A DNA stretch of 24,000 nucleotides, taken from Bacillus phage Taffo16. Positions 7,454 through 14,610 of this stretch are shown piece by piece. The first letter of the stretch is position 1. Each line of letters opens with the position of its first letter. The notes beneath the pieces were generated by a model. That model was not told the origin of the DNA. It saw only the letters and a list, made by a program, of their open reading frames with translations, and made no database searches. A program made the translations under genes and the position numbers. The stretch lies in sequence record MF765814.1. One strand, written 5' to 3'.

Positions 7454-7705
7454 ATGACTACGGTAGTACATAGAAAAAGCGGAATTAAAAGAGGTAAACC
7501 GTTCAGAGGTATTGATGTATTAGCAGAAATGAAGTTTAAGTGGATAACAACTAGAGAAGCAGATTACGCTTATAGAATCATTAGTGGGAAGATGCTTAGA
7601 AAAGAGATTCCTAAGGATGGTCTAGGGTTCGATAGAAAAGGAGCTTTCAAAGTCGATACACCTTTAAACTTCTTTCTTGAAAATGAATTTTATGAATATG
7701 TATAG
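7454..7705 (+). CDS. hypothetical protein
   Basis: MTTVVHRKSGIKRGKPFRGIDVLAEMKFKWITTREADYAYRI...; SD AAGGAG. Confidence 0.75.
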   Translation: MTTVVHRKSGIKRGKPFRGIDVLAEMKFKWITTREADYAYRIISGKMLRKEIPKDGLGFDRKGAFKVDTPLNFFLENEFYEYV

Positions 7706-7716
7706 GAGGAGAGAAC

Positions 7717-8091
7717 ATGAGTGTTCACTGGATTGGAGAGAAGATAGACACCACAGGAGCTTATAAAGATGCAATCGAGCATGGGGAGATATTCAAGAGA
7801 GTACACGACACACTTGGCACACCGCTGTATAGGTTCGAGTCTAGGTTCGGTCAGATTGTCTATATATCAGAAAAATACACGATAGGGACTATAGAGCAGC
7901 TAATTAATGAGTACTCTTACGCAGAGTTAACTACTTTCTTATATGAAACTTTAATAATGCAGATAGGTATGATTAACTTCCTACATAGTATCTCACTACA
8001 CACATCTCGTGAAAGAAGTGCTGGTTACGTAGAAGGTGTAGAACGAGCGCAGAGAGACATACGAGAAGCACTAGGACTTGAGGAAGACTAA
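7717..8091 (+). CDS. hypothetical protein
   Basis: MSVHWIGEKIDTTGAYKDAIEHGE...; SD AGGAGAG. Confidence 0.8.
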   Translation: MSVHWIGEKIDTTGAYKDAIEHGEIFKRVHDTLGTPLYRFESRFGQIVYISEKYTIGTIEQLINEYSYAELTTFLYETLIMQIGMINFLHSISLHTSRERSAGYVEGVERAQRDIREALGLEED

Positions 8092-8092
8092 C

Positions 8093-8299
8093 ATGTTCAA
8101 GAACATTATTATCGAACTACACGATGGAACTAAGTTAGTTAATAACCCGTACATAGGACTTAACCAGATGACTATTGAAGGTTTGAATAGTTGTCTGGAG
8201 CATACTAAAAGGTATTGTGTTTACAAAGACGAATACAACTACGATTTTATACTAGATAGAGAGATAGCAGATATCTACTATGAGGAGGACAAGCTATGA
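8093..8299 (+). CDS. hypothetical protein, tandem paralog A
   Basis: MFKNIIIELHDGTKLVNNPYIGLNQMTIEGLNSCLE...YDFILDREIADIYYEEDKL. Start refined from 8078. Confidence 0.75.
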   Translation: MFKNIIIELHDGTKLVNNPYIGLNQMTIEGLNSCLEHTKRYCVYKDEYNYDFILDREIADIYYEEDKL

Positions 8300-8688
8300 G
8301 CAAGAATATTATTATCGAACTAATCAATGGAGATAGATACGTGAATGACCCAGAACTAGGAATGAACTTAGATTCACCAGAGGAAATCGCTGAGAACTTA
8401 TATGAGGCAGGTAAGTACGAATTGTACAGAGAAGGATATGGTTACTACTATATCAGTAATCGGGACTTCGCAAGAGCTTACTACGAAGAAACACAACCTG
8501 TCACAATAGTAGGTGGAGGTCACAAGTACGTTAAGTTGCAGCATGTCTTTGAACTTATGAAACATGCAGAGAACATGTGGAGTCTACCATACTATGAATT
8601 TGATGCTCTAGGTAAAACTAAGCAGAAGATTGATAACACAATGGCATGGTTAGAGCGCAACGCTAAAACGAAGGAGGAACTAAAATGA
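8296..8688 (+). CDS. hypothetical protein, tandem paralog B
   Basis: MSKNIIIELINGDRYVNDPELGMNLDSPEEIAENLYEAG...YYYISNRDFARAYYEE. Confidence 0.8.
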   Translation: MSKNIIIELINGDRYVNDPELGMNLDSPEEIAENLYEAGKYELYREGYGYYYISNRDFARAYYEETQPVTIVGGGHKYVKLQHVFELMKHAENMWSLPYYEFDALGKTKQKIDNTMAWLERNAKTKEELK

Positions 8689-8888
8689 ATAAGGTATTAA
8701 CTGTAAAGTTTGGCATGAAAAGTGGAGCTTCGGTAATTGTACCAGATATAGTAGAATATAATGACTTTAGAGAGTTCGCCAATAAATTCCCTTACACAAC
8801 CGATGTACTTGTATTCGATGACCACGTTATTATACCACGAGAAGTAGCTTATATGGAGAATGTACCGAAGGAGGAACTAAAGTCATGA
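8685..8888 (+). CDS. hypothetical protein
   Basis: ATGA overlap, in operon. Confidence 0.75.
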   Translation: MNKVLTVKFGMKSGASVIVPDIVEYNDFREFANKFPYTTDVLVFDDHVIIPREVAYMENVPKEELKS

Positions 8889-9157
8889 GCCTCTTAGTAG
8901 CTACCTGCGATTATAACGAAGAACGAGAGATGTATGACAATCTCTGTTATGGAGAGGAGTTGAAGCGATATGATATAGGGGGAATCTTCCAACTAGTATT
9001 GAAGAAAGAAGATAATAGGTATCAAGGTTATTATGTAGTACATAGAACAAAAGAAACATTTACATATGATGGCGGTAATTTAAGTAAGAAAAAGATAATG
9101 ACTATTTTTTGGAATAAAGCTAAGAGTCTAGGTGCAACAGATTTAAAGTTTAGTTGA
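8885..9157 (+). CDS. hypothetical protein
   Basis: ATGA overlap; MSLLVATCDYNEEREMYDNLCYGEELK... Confidence 0.75.
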   Translation: MSLLVATCDYNEEREMYDNLCYGEELKRYDIGGIFQLVLKKEDNRYQGYYVVHRTKETFTYDGGNLSKKKIMTIFWNKAKSLGATDLKFS

Positions 9158-9186
9158 TTGACAGTTCATTGAAAATTTAATATAAT
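9158..9186 (+). promoter_or_regulatory. consensus sigma-A promoter for RNA ligase operon
   Basis: TTGACA-17-TATAAT (perfect consensus hexamers), distinct from the repeat family. Confidence 0.85.
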
Positions 9187-9205
9187 AAGAGGAGAGAAAA
9201 TACAT

Positions 9206-10138
9206 ATGACAAACTCATTTGAACAAAAACATTACACAAAGGTAATTCGTTACGGGAAATCAGGTACACAAGGATTGCTTAACCCGGGAGACGAAATCGT
9301 AATCTATGAGAAAGTTGATGGCAGTAACGCTTCATTTGCACAGGATACAGGAGTGGACAAGGTTAGACGATTCTCTCGTAAACTAGAACTTACAGAAGAT
9401 TGGGGCTTAAACGGGTTCGTAGAGTGGACAATTGACTGCATCGATGGACAAGCCCTATTACCGGACGTACTATACTTCGGAGAGTGGACAGCACCACATA
9501 AAGTTAGATATGCAGAAGAATTTACACGTACATACTTCCTATTCGACCTATACGATACAAAAACACAGAAATACTTACCATATGAAACTGTAGAGCTAGA
9601 AGCATTACGATTAGGGTTAAAGTTAGCTCCTGTGCTGTACAGAGGGGAGTTTATCGACTTCGAACACTTAATGAGCTTTGTAGGTAAAACAGCTCTAGGA
9701 GGTCATGTAGGCGACAAAGAAGGTGGAGAAGGTATCGTAGTTAAGAAGGTCAACGATAAAGACCAAGTATTCTTGAAACTAGTAGACGAGGCATTCTTGG
9801 AAGTACATAACTCTAGAGGTTCTAAACAAAAAGTACCGAAAGACCCAAACAAAGCATCAGCAGAGCGCGCATTCGTAAACGCTACAGTAACAGAGGCTCG
9901 TGTCGATAAAATCTTGTACAAGCTATCTGATGAAGGGGTATTACCGGATGTACTGGTTATCCAAGACATGGGAGACATCTTAAAAGCTGCTGGTAACGTA
10001 GTATATCAAGATATCATGGAAGAAGAGGCGGACGAGCTATTACCTGCTGACCATGAGAAGAGAGAGGTTCGACGAGCTGTAGGTGGAGTATTACCGCAGA
10101 TTGTAAAACAAGTGTTAAAGGCTCGCGGAACACTATGA
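9206..10138 (+). CDS. RNA ligase, Rnl2-like nucleotidyltransferase family
   Basis: Motif I YEKVDGSNASF, FGEWT, EGIVVKK (motif IV) and VFLKLV (motif V) in the correct order. Confidence 0.85.
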   Translation: MTNSFEQKHYTKVIRYGKSGTQGLLNPGDEIVIYEKVDGSNASFAQDTGVDKVRRFSRKLELTEDWGLNGFVEWTIDCIDGQALLPDVLYFGEWTAPHKVRYAEEFTRTYFLFDLYDTKTQKYLPYETVELEALRLGLKLAPVLYRGEFIDFEHLMSFVGKTALGGHVGDKEGGEGIVVKKVNDKDQVFLKLVDEAFLEVHNSRGSKQKVPKDPNKASAERAFVNATVTEARVDKILYKLSDEGVLPDVLVIQDMGDILKAAGNVVYQDIMEEEADELLPADHEKREVRRAVGGVLPQIVKQVLKARGTL

Positions 10139-10236
10139 GTAAATACATAGACTTATATAATGAAGTCACCTATGAATATACATATAATAGTACATATAAT
10201 TATAAATACGATTACGACATAATTTCACTAGATTAG
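10135..10236 (+). CDS. Tyr-rich micro-ORF (33 aa) coupled to RNA ligase
   Basis: ATGA overlap with ligase stop; MSKYIDLYNEVTYEYTYNSTYNYKYDYDIISLD*; stop abuts the terminator stem. Confidence 0.4.
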   Translation: MSKYIDLYNEVTYEYTYNSTYNYKYDYDIISLD

Positions 10237-10259
10237 AGGGAATTTTCCCTCTTTTCTTT
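10235..10259 (+). terminator. Rho-independent terminator
   Basis: AGAGGGAA-TT-TTCCCTCT then TTTTCTTT. Confidence 0.85.
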
Positions 10260-10269
10260 AAAATAATTG

Positions 10270-10298
10270 TTGACTTAAAGTAAATGATGGTGTAATAT
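10270..10298 (+). promoter_or_regulatory. repeat-family promoter P7
   Basis: TTGACT-17-TAATAT. Confidence 0.85.
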
Positions 10299-10320
10299 AG
10301 AATTATAAGGAGGAGATAAT

Positions 10321-10623
10321 ATGATAAGGAAAATAGCATTAGTAGTTCCCTTGCTTTTCTTAGGTGCTTGCGGAACGGAAGATAAACTAGTAACGGTAGA
10401 GAATGCAGAGATAGTAGAAATCGATGGTCTTGGGTGTACACAAAGGTTTTGCAACTATTATGTAACAGTTAAGAAAGGGGACACATCAGTAAAATTACGT
10501 TCATCAGAGCTTGTAGCAAAAGCAGCTACGAAAGGTTCTAAAATTAAGTTTACATACAACCCTGAGACATTAGAAATAGAAACTATGATGTTTACAGACT
10601 TTGACCCTAAGGAGGAAAAGTAA
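10321..10623 (+). CDS. putative lipoprotein
   Basis: MIRKIALVVPLLFLGACGTEDKL with lipobox LGAC; SD AAGGAGG. Confidence 0.85.
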   Translation: MIRKIALVVPLLFLGACGTEDKLVTVENAEIVEIDGLGCTQRFCNYYVTVKKGDTSVKLRSSELVAKAATKGSKIKFTYNPETLEIETMMFTDFDPKEEK

Positions 10624-11045
10624 TGAAGTATAAAGTAGGATTTGAATTTGAGATTAAAGTTTTAGTAGCATACGAGGAGTTCGGTTTTGATTTACACACA
10701 GGAACAACAGCATCAATTGTAGACACCTCTTACAGTTCTAAGAAACCGTACATCATTGAAGATGAGTACCATAACTTTATTATGCCTGTATCAGAGGAAG
10801 AACTAGAAAGCTTAGTAGCATGTCCCATTTTCCCTACCAGAAAGGACAAGCTTGCACAATGGACGATTATACTTACGAAATTTAATTACGGAGGAGAAGA
10901 CCACGATGTAATCAAGTGTATGAGCAGAGAAGAAGTCAAGAAAGCTATTGATGATAGAAAGGACTACTACGATGCAGATGATATCTTGGTATTCCCACCA
11001 TTATCTAATATGATTGCAGATGAACTATATAAGGAGGAAGAATAA
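10623..11045 (+). CDS. hypothetical protein
   Basis: TAATG overlap; MKYKVGFEFEIKVLVAYEEFG... Confidence 0.8.
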   Translation: MKYKVGFEFEIKVLVAYEEFGFDLHTGTTASIVDTSYSSKKPYIIEDEYHNFIMPVSEEELESLVACPIFPTRKDKLAQWTIILTKFNYGGEDHDVIKCMSREEVKKAIDDRKDYYDADDILVFPPLSNMIADELYKEEE

Positions 11046-11281
11046 TGAGAGATAGAAAGTTTATATATCATGTTGCTTATACTGTGTACACACCAAGTGG
11101 TAGAGTAGGAGAAGGTGACTGTCAGTACAGCATCCCTAAGAAGAGACTAACAGAACCATCTATCAAGAAGTTGAATGACTTCATTAAGAAACAATGGAAA
11201 GAAGGAACAGGTATTACAGCTACTACAGTGGTTATAAACTCTTATCAACTAATTAGAGAAACGAGAGGGTATGCACGATGA
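11045..11281 (+). CDS. hypothetical protein
   Basis: TAATG overlap; MRDRKFIYHVAYTVYTPSG... Confidence 0.75.
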   Translation: MRDRKFIYHVAYTVYTPSGRVGEGDCQYSIPKKRLTEPSIKKLNDFIKKQWKEGTGITATTVVINSYQLIRETRGYAR

Positions 11282-11448
11282 CAAAAGTTGAATTGAATGG
11301 TGAGACGCATTTTGTTACAGATATATGGGAGTTTATAGAACTGCTACCAATAGAGACGAGAATGGCTGTAACAGACTTAGTACATGATGCTCTAGATGAT
11401 TATGAAGTAGTCGTAATGAATAGCTTTCAAGGATTACATAACTTATAG
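11278..11448 (+). CDS. hypothetical protein (56 aa), missed by ORF length cutoff
   Basis: ATGA overlap with upstream gene; MTKVELNGETHFVTDIWEFIELLPIETRMAVTDLVHDALDDYEVVVMNSFQGLHNL*. Confidence 0.75.
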   Translation: MTKVELNGETHFVTDIWEFIELLPIETRMAVTDLVHDALDDYEVVVMNSFQGLHNL

Positions 11449-11460
11449 GAGGAATGGAAA

Positions 11461-12117
11461 ATGATTAGAATTTTAGCGATGAGAATAGAAAAATATGTGG
11501 GACAAACTGTTAGTGGTCATAACTGCGACTTTGAATACACGGATGAAGTAAAGACTAGACACGTATTACTAGGTTTAGATGAAAAGAACAATAAAGTAGC
11601 TATTACTCTGTGGGAAGAAGAAGGAGAATGTGGCTCTGGGTGGACTACTGCTTCATGGGGGCATGTTAGCATAGAGTACATAGATAGATTCGAAGGTTAC
11701 ACACATAAAGCGAAAGGTGTTATTGAAATTCCGGGAATCTCCGCAGATAAATATAATGATTACGACGACATTCATAACGACGTGTTTGAAGTTACATATG
11801 ACGGAGGAGACAGCTACTACCCAAGCGGTTATTACGACGTAAAAGAAGAGTTGTTCATTGAGACTGATAGATACTGTGATGAACGTACTGTATGGGTGTT
11901 TAAAGGGGAATCAGCAGTAGGTAAGAGCTACCTTGCAGGTAAACTAGAAGGATTAACAGTATATGAAACTGACTCTAATCCGAGTCTTCCTGATGAAATT
12001 GTACAGGATGTGGTTGTAGTAGGTAATAAATATGATTTCAATATAGACGAGGTTCGCGGTAGTTTACTAGGAACTCCGCGAGTAGTTATTGTAGACTTTA
12101 CAGATGGGAGCTATTAA
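11461..12117 (+). CDS. P-loop (Walker A) containing phage protein with N-terminal domain of unknown function
   Basis: ...VWVFKGESAVGKSYLAGKLEG...PRVVIVDFTDGSY; SD AGGAGG. Confidence 0.8.
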   Translation: MIRILAMRIEKYVGQTVSGHNCDFEYTDEVKTRHVLLGLDEKNNKVAITLWEEEGECGSGWTTASWGHVSIEYIDRFEGYTHKAKGVIEIPGISADKYNDYDDIHNDVFEVTYDGGDSYYPSGYYDVKEELFIETDRYCDERTVWVFKGESAVGKSYLAGKLEGLTVYETDSNPSLPDEIVQDVVVVGNKYDFNIDEVRGSLLGTPRVVIVDFTDGSY

Positions 12118-12118
12118 A

Positions 12119-12343
12119 ATGGGTAAATTTCCGGGCTGGGATAAAGAAACAGTATTAGAAACAGTAGTAGTGGACGACAAAAACAAATATGAAATGGTAG
12201 AGGCTGAACTAGGTGGAAAACAGTTCATGCTATATGTACCTTATTATATGAGTAAAGAGGGTTGGAAGAAAGGTGCAGGTAAGTCACTACGATACGATGT
12301 ACTAGAAATATTTGCATCAGCTTATGAAAAGCATGTTAAGTAA
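12119..12343 (+). CDS. hypothetical protein
   Basis: MGKFPGWDKETVLETVVVDDKNKYE...; start refined from 12104. Confidence 0.75.
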   Translation: MGKFPGWDKETVLETVVVDDKNKYEMVEAELGGKQFMLYVPYYMSKEGWKKGAGKSLRYDVLEIFASAYEKHVK

Positions 12344-12428
12344 CGACCTACACAATATCGGCTACGGTATTATAGTTATACTCGTAGCCATGATGGTTGT
12401 TCAAGTTTTTGGGAAGAAACGTAAGTAG
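12333..12428 (+). CDS. single-TM micropeptide (31 aa)
   Basis: MLSNDLHNIGYGIIVILVAMMVVQVFGKKRK*, overlaps upstream gene. Confidence 0.55.
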   Translation: MLSNDLHNIGYGIIVILVAMMVVQVFGKKRK

Positions 12429-12468
12429 CACACTGTAAAAAACTTAAAAAAATTGGGGGCAATATATA

Positions 12469-12768
12469 ATGAGTAGCGATATAGGAGTTTGTAGTTTTTG
12501 CGAAGATACTTTTTCTAAATGCGGTCACTTCGTATCATGTGACTGTGGTAAGAGCTGGTGTAGTGAGAGCTGTGCTGATGCAGACGGACTACAAGAAGAG
12601 GAAGAAGGTTATATTCCTCCGGGAGAAACGTGGGAGCAGGATTCTAGCTGCGACTACTGTAGAAAAGAAGATTACGAAGATAGCGAACTATTAGAATATG
12701 TGTTAACTAAACTACTTAATATGCATCGATTCGAGTTAGTAGCGCATTACAACGCGTCAAAAGAGTAG
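12469..12768 (+). CDS. Cys-rich zinc-binding-like protein (treble-clef/RING-like spacing)
   Basis: CSFC...CGHFVSCDCGKSWCSESC...CDYC; SD TTGGGGG. Confidence 0.8.
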   Translation: MSSDIGVCSFCEDTFSKCGHFVSCDCGKSWCSESCADADGLQEEEEGYIPPGETWEQDSSCDYCRKEDYEDSELLEYVLTKLLNMHRFELVAHYNASKE

Positions 12769-12910
12769 TAGCTCATTGCGTAGTAGCTCACTGGAAACAG
12801 TGGGCTTTTTTACTTAGTAGCAGACTGTAAAATCCGGAGCCTAGTAGCGGGCTGTAAAAGGTAGTAGCTCCTTGCACAAACCCTTAAAACGTAAGTAGCA
12901 GACTGCAAAA
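12765..12910 (+). repeat. cluster of GTAGTAGC/GTAAGTAGC short repeats
   Basis: GTAGTAGCTCATTGC, GTAGTAGCTCACTGG, CTTAGTAGCAGACTGTAAAA, CCTAGTAGCGGGCTGTAAAA, GTAGTAGCTCCTTGC, GTAAGTAGCAGACTGCAAAA. Confidence 0.85.
12786..12812 (+). terminator. Rho-independent terminator
   Basis: GCTCACTG-GAAA-CAGTGGGC then TTTTTTT. Confidence 0.85.
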
Positions 12911-12986
12911 AGACACGCCCGGCAAGTGCGATATAGTGATGTAAATATTCTGACAATTGATAAGTGTTACAAGGTGAAAAAGTTCC

Positions 12987-13047
12987 CTTATATAGAAGGA
13001 AAGCGAAAAGCCTATTTTTTCTCTTATATAGAAGAAAGGCGAAAAAC
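12987..13047 (+). repeat. two imperfect ~25-bp direct repeats, period 36 bp
   Basis: CTTATATAGAAGGAAAGCGAAAAG and CTTATATAGAAGAAAGGCGAAAAAC. Confidence 0.85.
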
Positions 13048-13068
13048 GAAAAATATTAAAATTTGTTG

Positions 13069-13097
13069 TTGTCTTTTAGTAAAATACATGATACGAT
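13069..13097 (+). promoter_or_regulatory. repeat-family promoter P8 (degenerate -35)
   Basis: TTGTCT-17-TACGAT. Confidence 0.7.
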
Positions 13098-13129
13098 GTT
13101 AACAACTTAAAGAGAGGCGGTGCTTTGCA

Positions 13130-13345
13130 ATGGCAAACACTCACAAATATGTAGGCGATACGATAACAACGGAAATGAAGAAACAAAAGATTTCCTATAG
13201 AAAAGTAGAAGCGAAAACAGAAAAAGTGTATTCGTATAAAATTAACAGCATTTCAAAGGGTGGAGAATGCACACTAACTACATTATTCAAAGTGTTAGAC
13301 GCTTTAGGGCTTGAAATTACAATAAATAAAAAGGATTCAAAATAA
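13130..13345 (+). CDS. small XRE/Cro-like HTH protein
   Basis: MKKQKISYRKVEAKTEKVYSYKINSISKGGECTLTTLFKVLDALGLEITIN resembles an HTH_XRE fold pattern. Confidence 0.6.
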   Translation: MANTHKYVGDTITTEMKKQKISYRKVEAKTEKVYSYKINSISKGGECTLTTLFKVLDALGLEITINKKDSK

Positions 13346-13348
13346 TTG

Positions 13349-13378
13349 TTGACTTACAGTAAATGAATATGATACGAT
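13349..13378 (+). promoter_or_regulatory. repeat-family promoter P9
   Basis: TTGACT-18-TACGAT. Confidence 0.8.
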
Positions 13379-13408
13379 GGTATCAACTTAATAAGGGAGC
13401 TGGTAAAC

Positions 13409-13627
13409 ATGGGTTTAAAATTAATGAGTGCTAACATGATTATACCTATTACAGAGGGAGGCGTTACAAAGCATTATATTACCGATGCGCCTCACTTCTT
13501 AGTAACAGAAATGTTTTTAAAGGTTGACAGCATAGAGGAGCTTATAGAGTGGTTAACGGATGGAATTAACTACAATTATCAATTTCATGAATATGCTTTT
13601 TCATTAAAATTAAATTTCGATGAATAA
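13409..13627 (+). CDS. hypothetical protein
   Basis: Preceded by promoter plus AAGGGAGCTGG. Confidence 0.75.
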   Translation: MGLKLMSANMIIPITEGGVTKHYITDAPHFLVTEMFLKVDSIEELIEWLTDGINYNYQFHEYAFSLKLNFDE

Positions 13628-13632
13628 AGTTG

Positions 13633-13661
13633 TTGACTTTTCGTAAATATAGTATTAAGAT
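13633..13661 (+). promoter_or_regulatory. repeat-family promoter P10
   Basis: TTGACT-17-TAAGAT. Confidence 0.85.
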
Positions 13662-13693
13662 GAGAGTAACTTAAAAAAATGGAGTGGGTTATT

Positions 13694-13990
13694 ATGACTA
13701 AACAATTTAAATCAATAGGCGGGTTAAAAAACAGCGTAAAGGCTACGTTAAAGCGTGAGGGCTTTGAACTAAGTAATGAGGGTAACAAGTGGCGTTATGG
13801 TAGTGGTATGCTGGTATCATCTGACAGAGTTGATACAATTACAATAGAGGATATAGGCTTGACGGGTAGTAGGAAAAATAAACACCGTCCAGAGGTTCTA
13901 GAGGCTTTAGAAGAGTACGGCGCGTTTGTATTTAACGAAAATTGTTATGGTTCTATTGTTGAAGTAATCAGAATAAAATTTAATAAATAG
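13694..13990 (+). CDS. hypothetical protein
   Basis: MTKQFKSIGGLKNSVKATLKREGFELSNEGNKWRYGSGMLVSS...; start refined from 13679. Confidence 0.8.
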   Translation: MTKQFKSIGGLKNSVKATLKREGFELSNEGNKWRYGSGMLVSSDRVDTITIEDIGLTGSRKNKHRPEVLEALEEYGAFVFNENCYGSIVEVIRIKFNK

Positions 13991-13993
13991 TTG

Positions 13994-14023
13994 TTGACTT
14001 TTAGAAAAAACACATGTTACAAT
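13994..14023 (+). promoter_or_regulatory. repeat-family promoter P11
   Basis: TTGACT-18-TACAAT. Confidence 0.85.
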
Positions 14024-14053
14024 AAGGGTAACTTAATAAGGGAGCTGGTACAT

Positions 14054-14224
14054 ATGAAAGCGATAGATAAATCACTTGCTTGTATTAACCTAAATGCAGT
14101 AGAAAGACGGTTAAAAGATTTAATTAGTATTGTTGAAAACGGCGGTGCTATTAGTACAGATTTAACGTTACAATATATGTTAGAAGATGTTTTAAAAGTA
14201 AAAACTATACTAGAGGAGGAATAA
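14054..14224 (+). CDS. hypothetical protein
   Basis: MKAIDKSLACINLNAVERRLKDLISIVENGG...; start refined from 13991, which lies in the promoter. Confidence 0.8.
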   Translation: MKAIDKSLACINLNAVERRLKDLISIVENGGAISTDLTLQYMLEDVLKVKTILEEE

Positions 14225-14229
14225 AGTAT

Positions 14230-14322
14230 ATGTCATTCAGAGGCTCATTAAAAGTATTGGTTATTGTTGGTTTCTTGTTTGCAGTCGGAAAGGGTATATC
14301 ATACGCAATCGTACACTTTTAA
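14230..14322 (+). CDS. single-TM micropeptide (30 aa)
   Basis: MSFRGSLKVLVIVGFLFAVGKGISYAIVHF*; GAGGAAT SD. Confidence 0.6.
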   Translation: MSFRGSLKVLVIVGFLFAVGKGISYAIVHF

Positions 14323-14331
14323 AAATAGTTG

Positions 14332-14360
14332 TTGACTTTTAGTAAATGATAGTTTAAAAT
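14332..14360 (+). promoter_or_regulatory. repeat-family promoter P12
   Basis: TTGACT-17-TAAAAT. Confidence 0.9.
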
Positions 14361-14391
14361 GAAATTAACTTAAATAAAGGGAGCTGTTACA

Positions 14392-14547
14392 ATGGAAAGA
14401 TACGATGTATATATGACAGAGGTTAAATTTTTCCCAGTTAGAACTAAAATGAGAATTAAGTTTAAAATAGTTGAATCTCCTTTTAAAAATGGAAACTCTT
14501 TATGGTTCGACATGATGAAAAGATTACCGATATTAGTTAAAAAATAG
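14392..14547 (+). CDS. hypothetical protein (51 aa), missed by ORF length cutoff
   Basis: MERYDVYMTEVKFFPVRTKMRIKFKIVESPFKNGNSLWFDMMKRLPILVKK*; stop TAG is inside next promoter element. Confidence 0.75.
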   Translation: MERYDVYMTEVKFFPVRTKMRIKFKIVESPFKNGNSLWFDMMKRLPILVKK

Positions 14548-14550
14548 TTG

Positions 14551-14579
14551 TTGACTTTTAGAAAACAAGATGATAAAAT
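14551..14579 (+). promoter_or_regulatory. repeat-family promoter P13
   Basis: TTGACT-17-TAAAAT. Confidence 0.9.
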
Positions 14580-14610
14580 GAAAGTAACTTAAATAAAGGG
14601 AGATGTTACA

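Noticed and set aside
9703-9978. Minus-strand ORF
   Set aside because: Antisense to RNA ligase, Ser/Thr-rich complement artefact
10166-10441. Minus-strand ORF
   Set aside because: Spans the terminator, P7 promoter and the lipoprotein start; all signals are on the plus strand
13585-13788. Minus-strand ORF
   Set aside because: Crosses promoter P10 and two plus-strand genes
14359-14373. Conserved ATG-AAA-TTA-ACT-TAA (MKLT*) or MKVT* micro-ORF in the repeated promoter leaders
   Set aside because: The ATG overlaps the -10 hexamer (TAAAATG), so it would lie upstream of the predicted transcription start, and variants such as TACAATAAGG lack it. More likely promoter/initial transcribed sequence.
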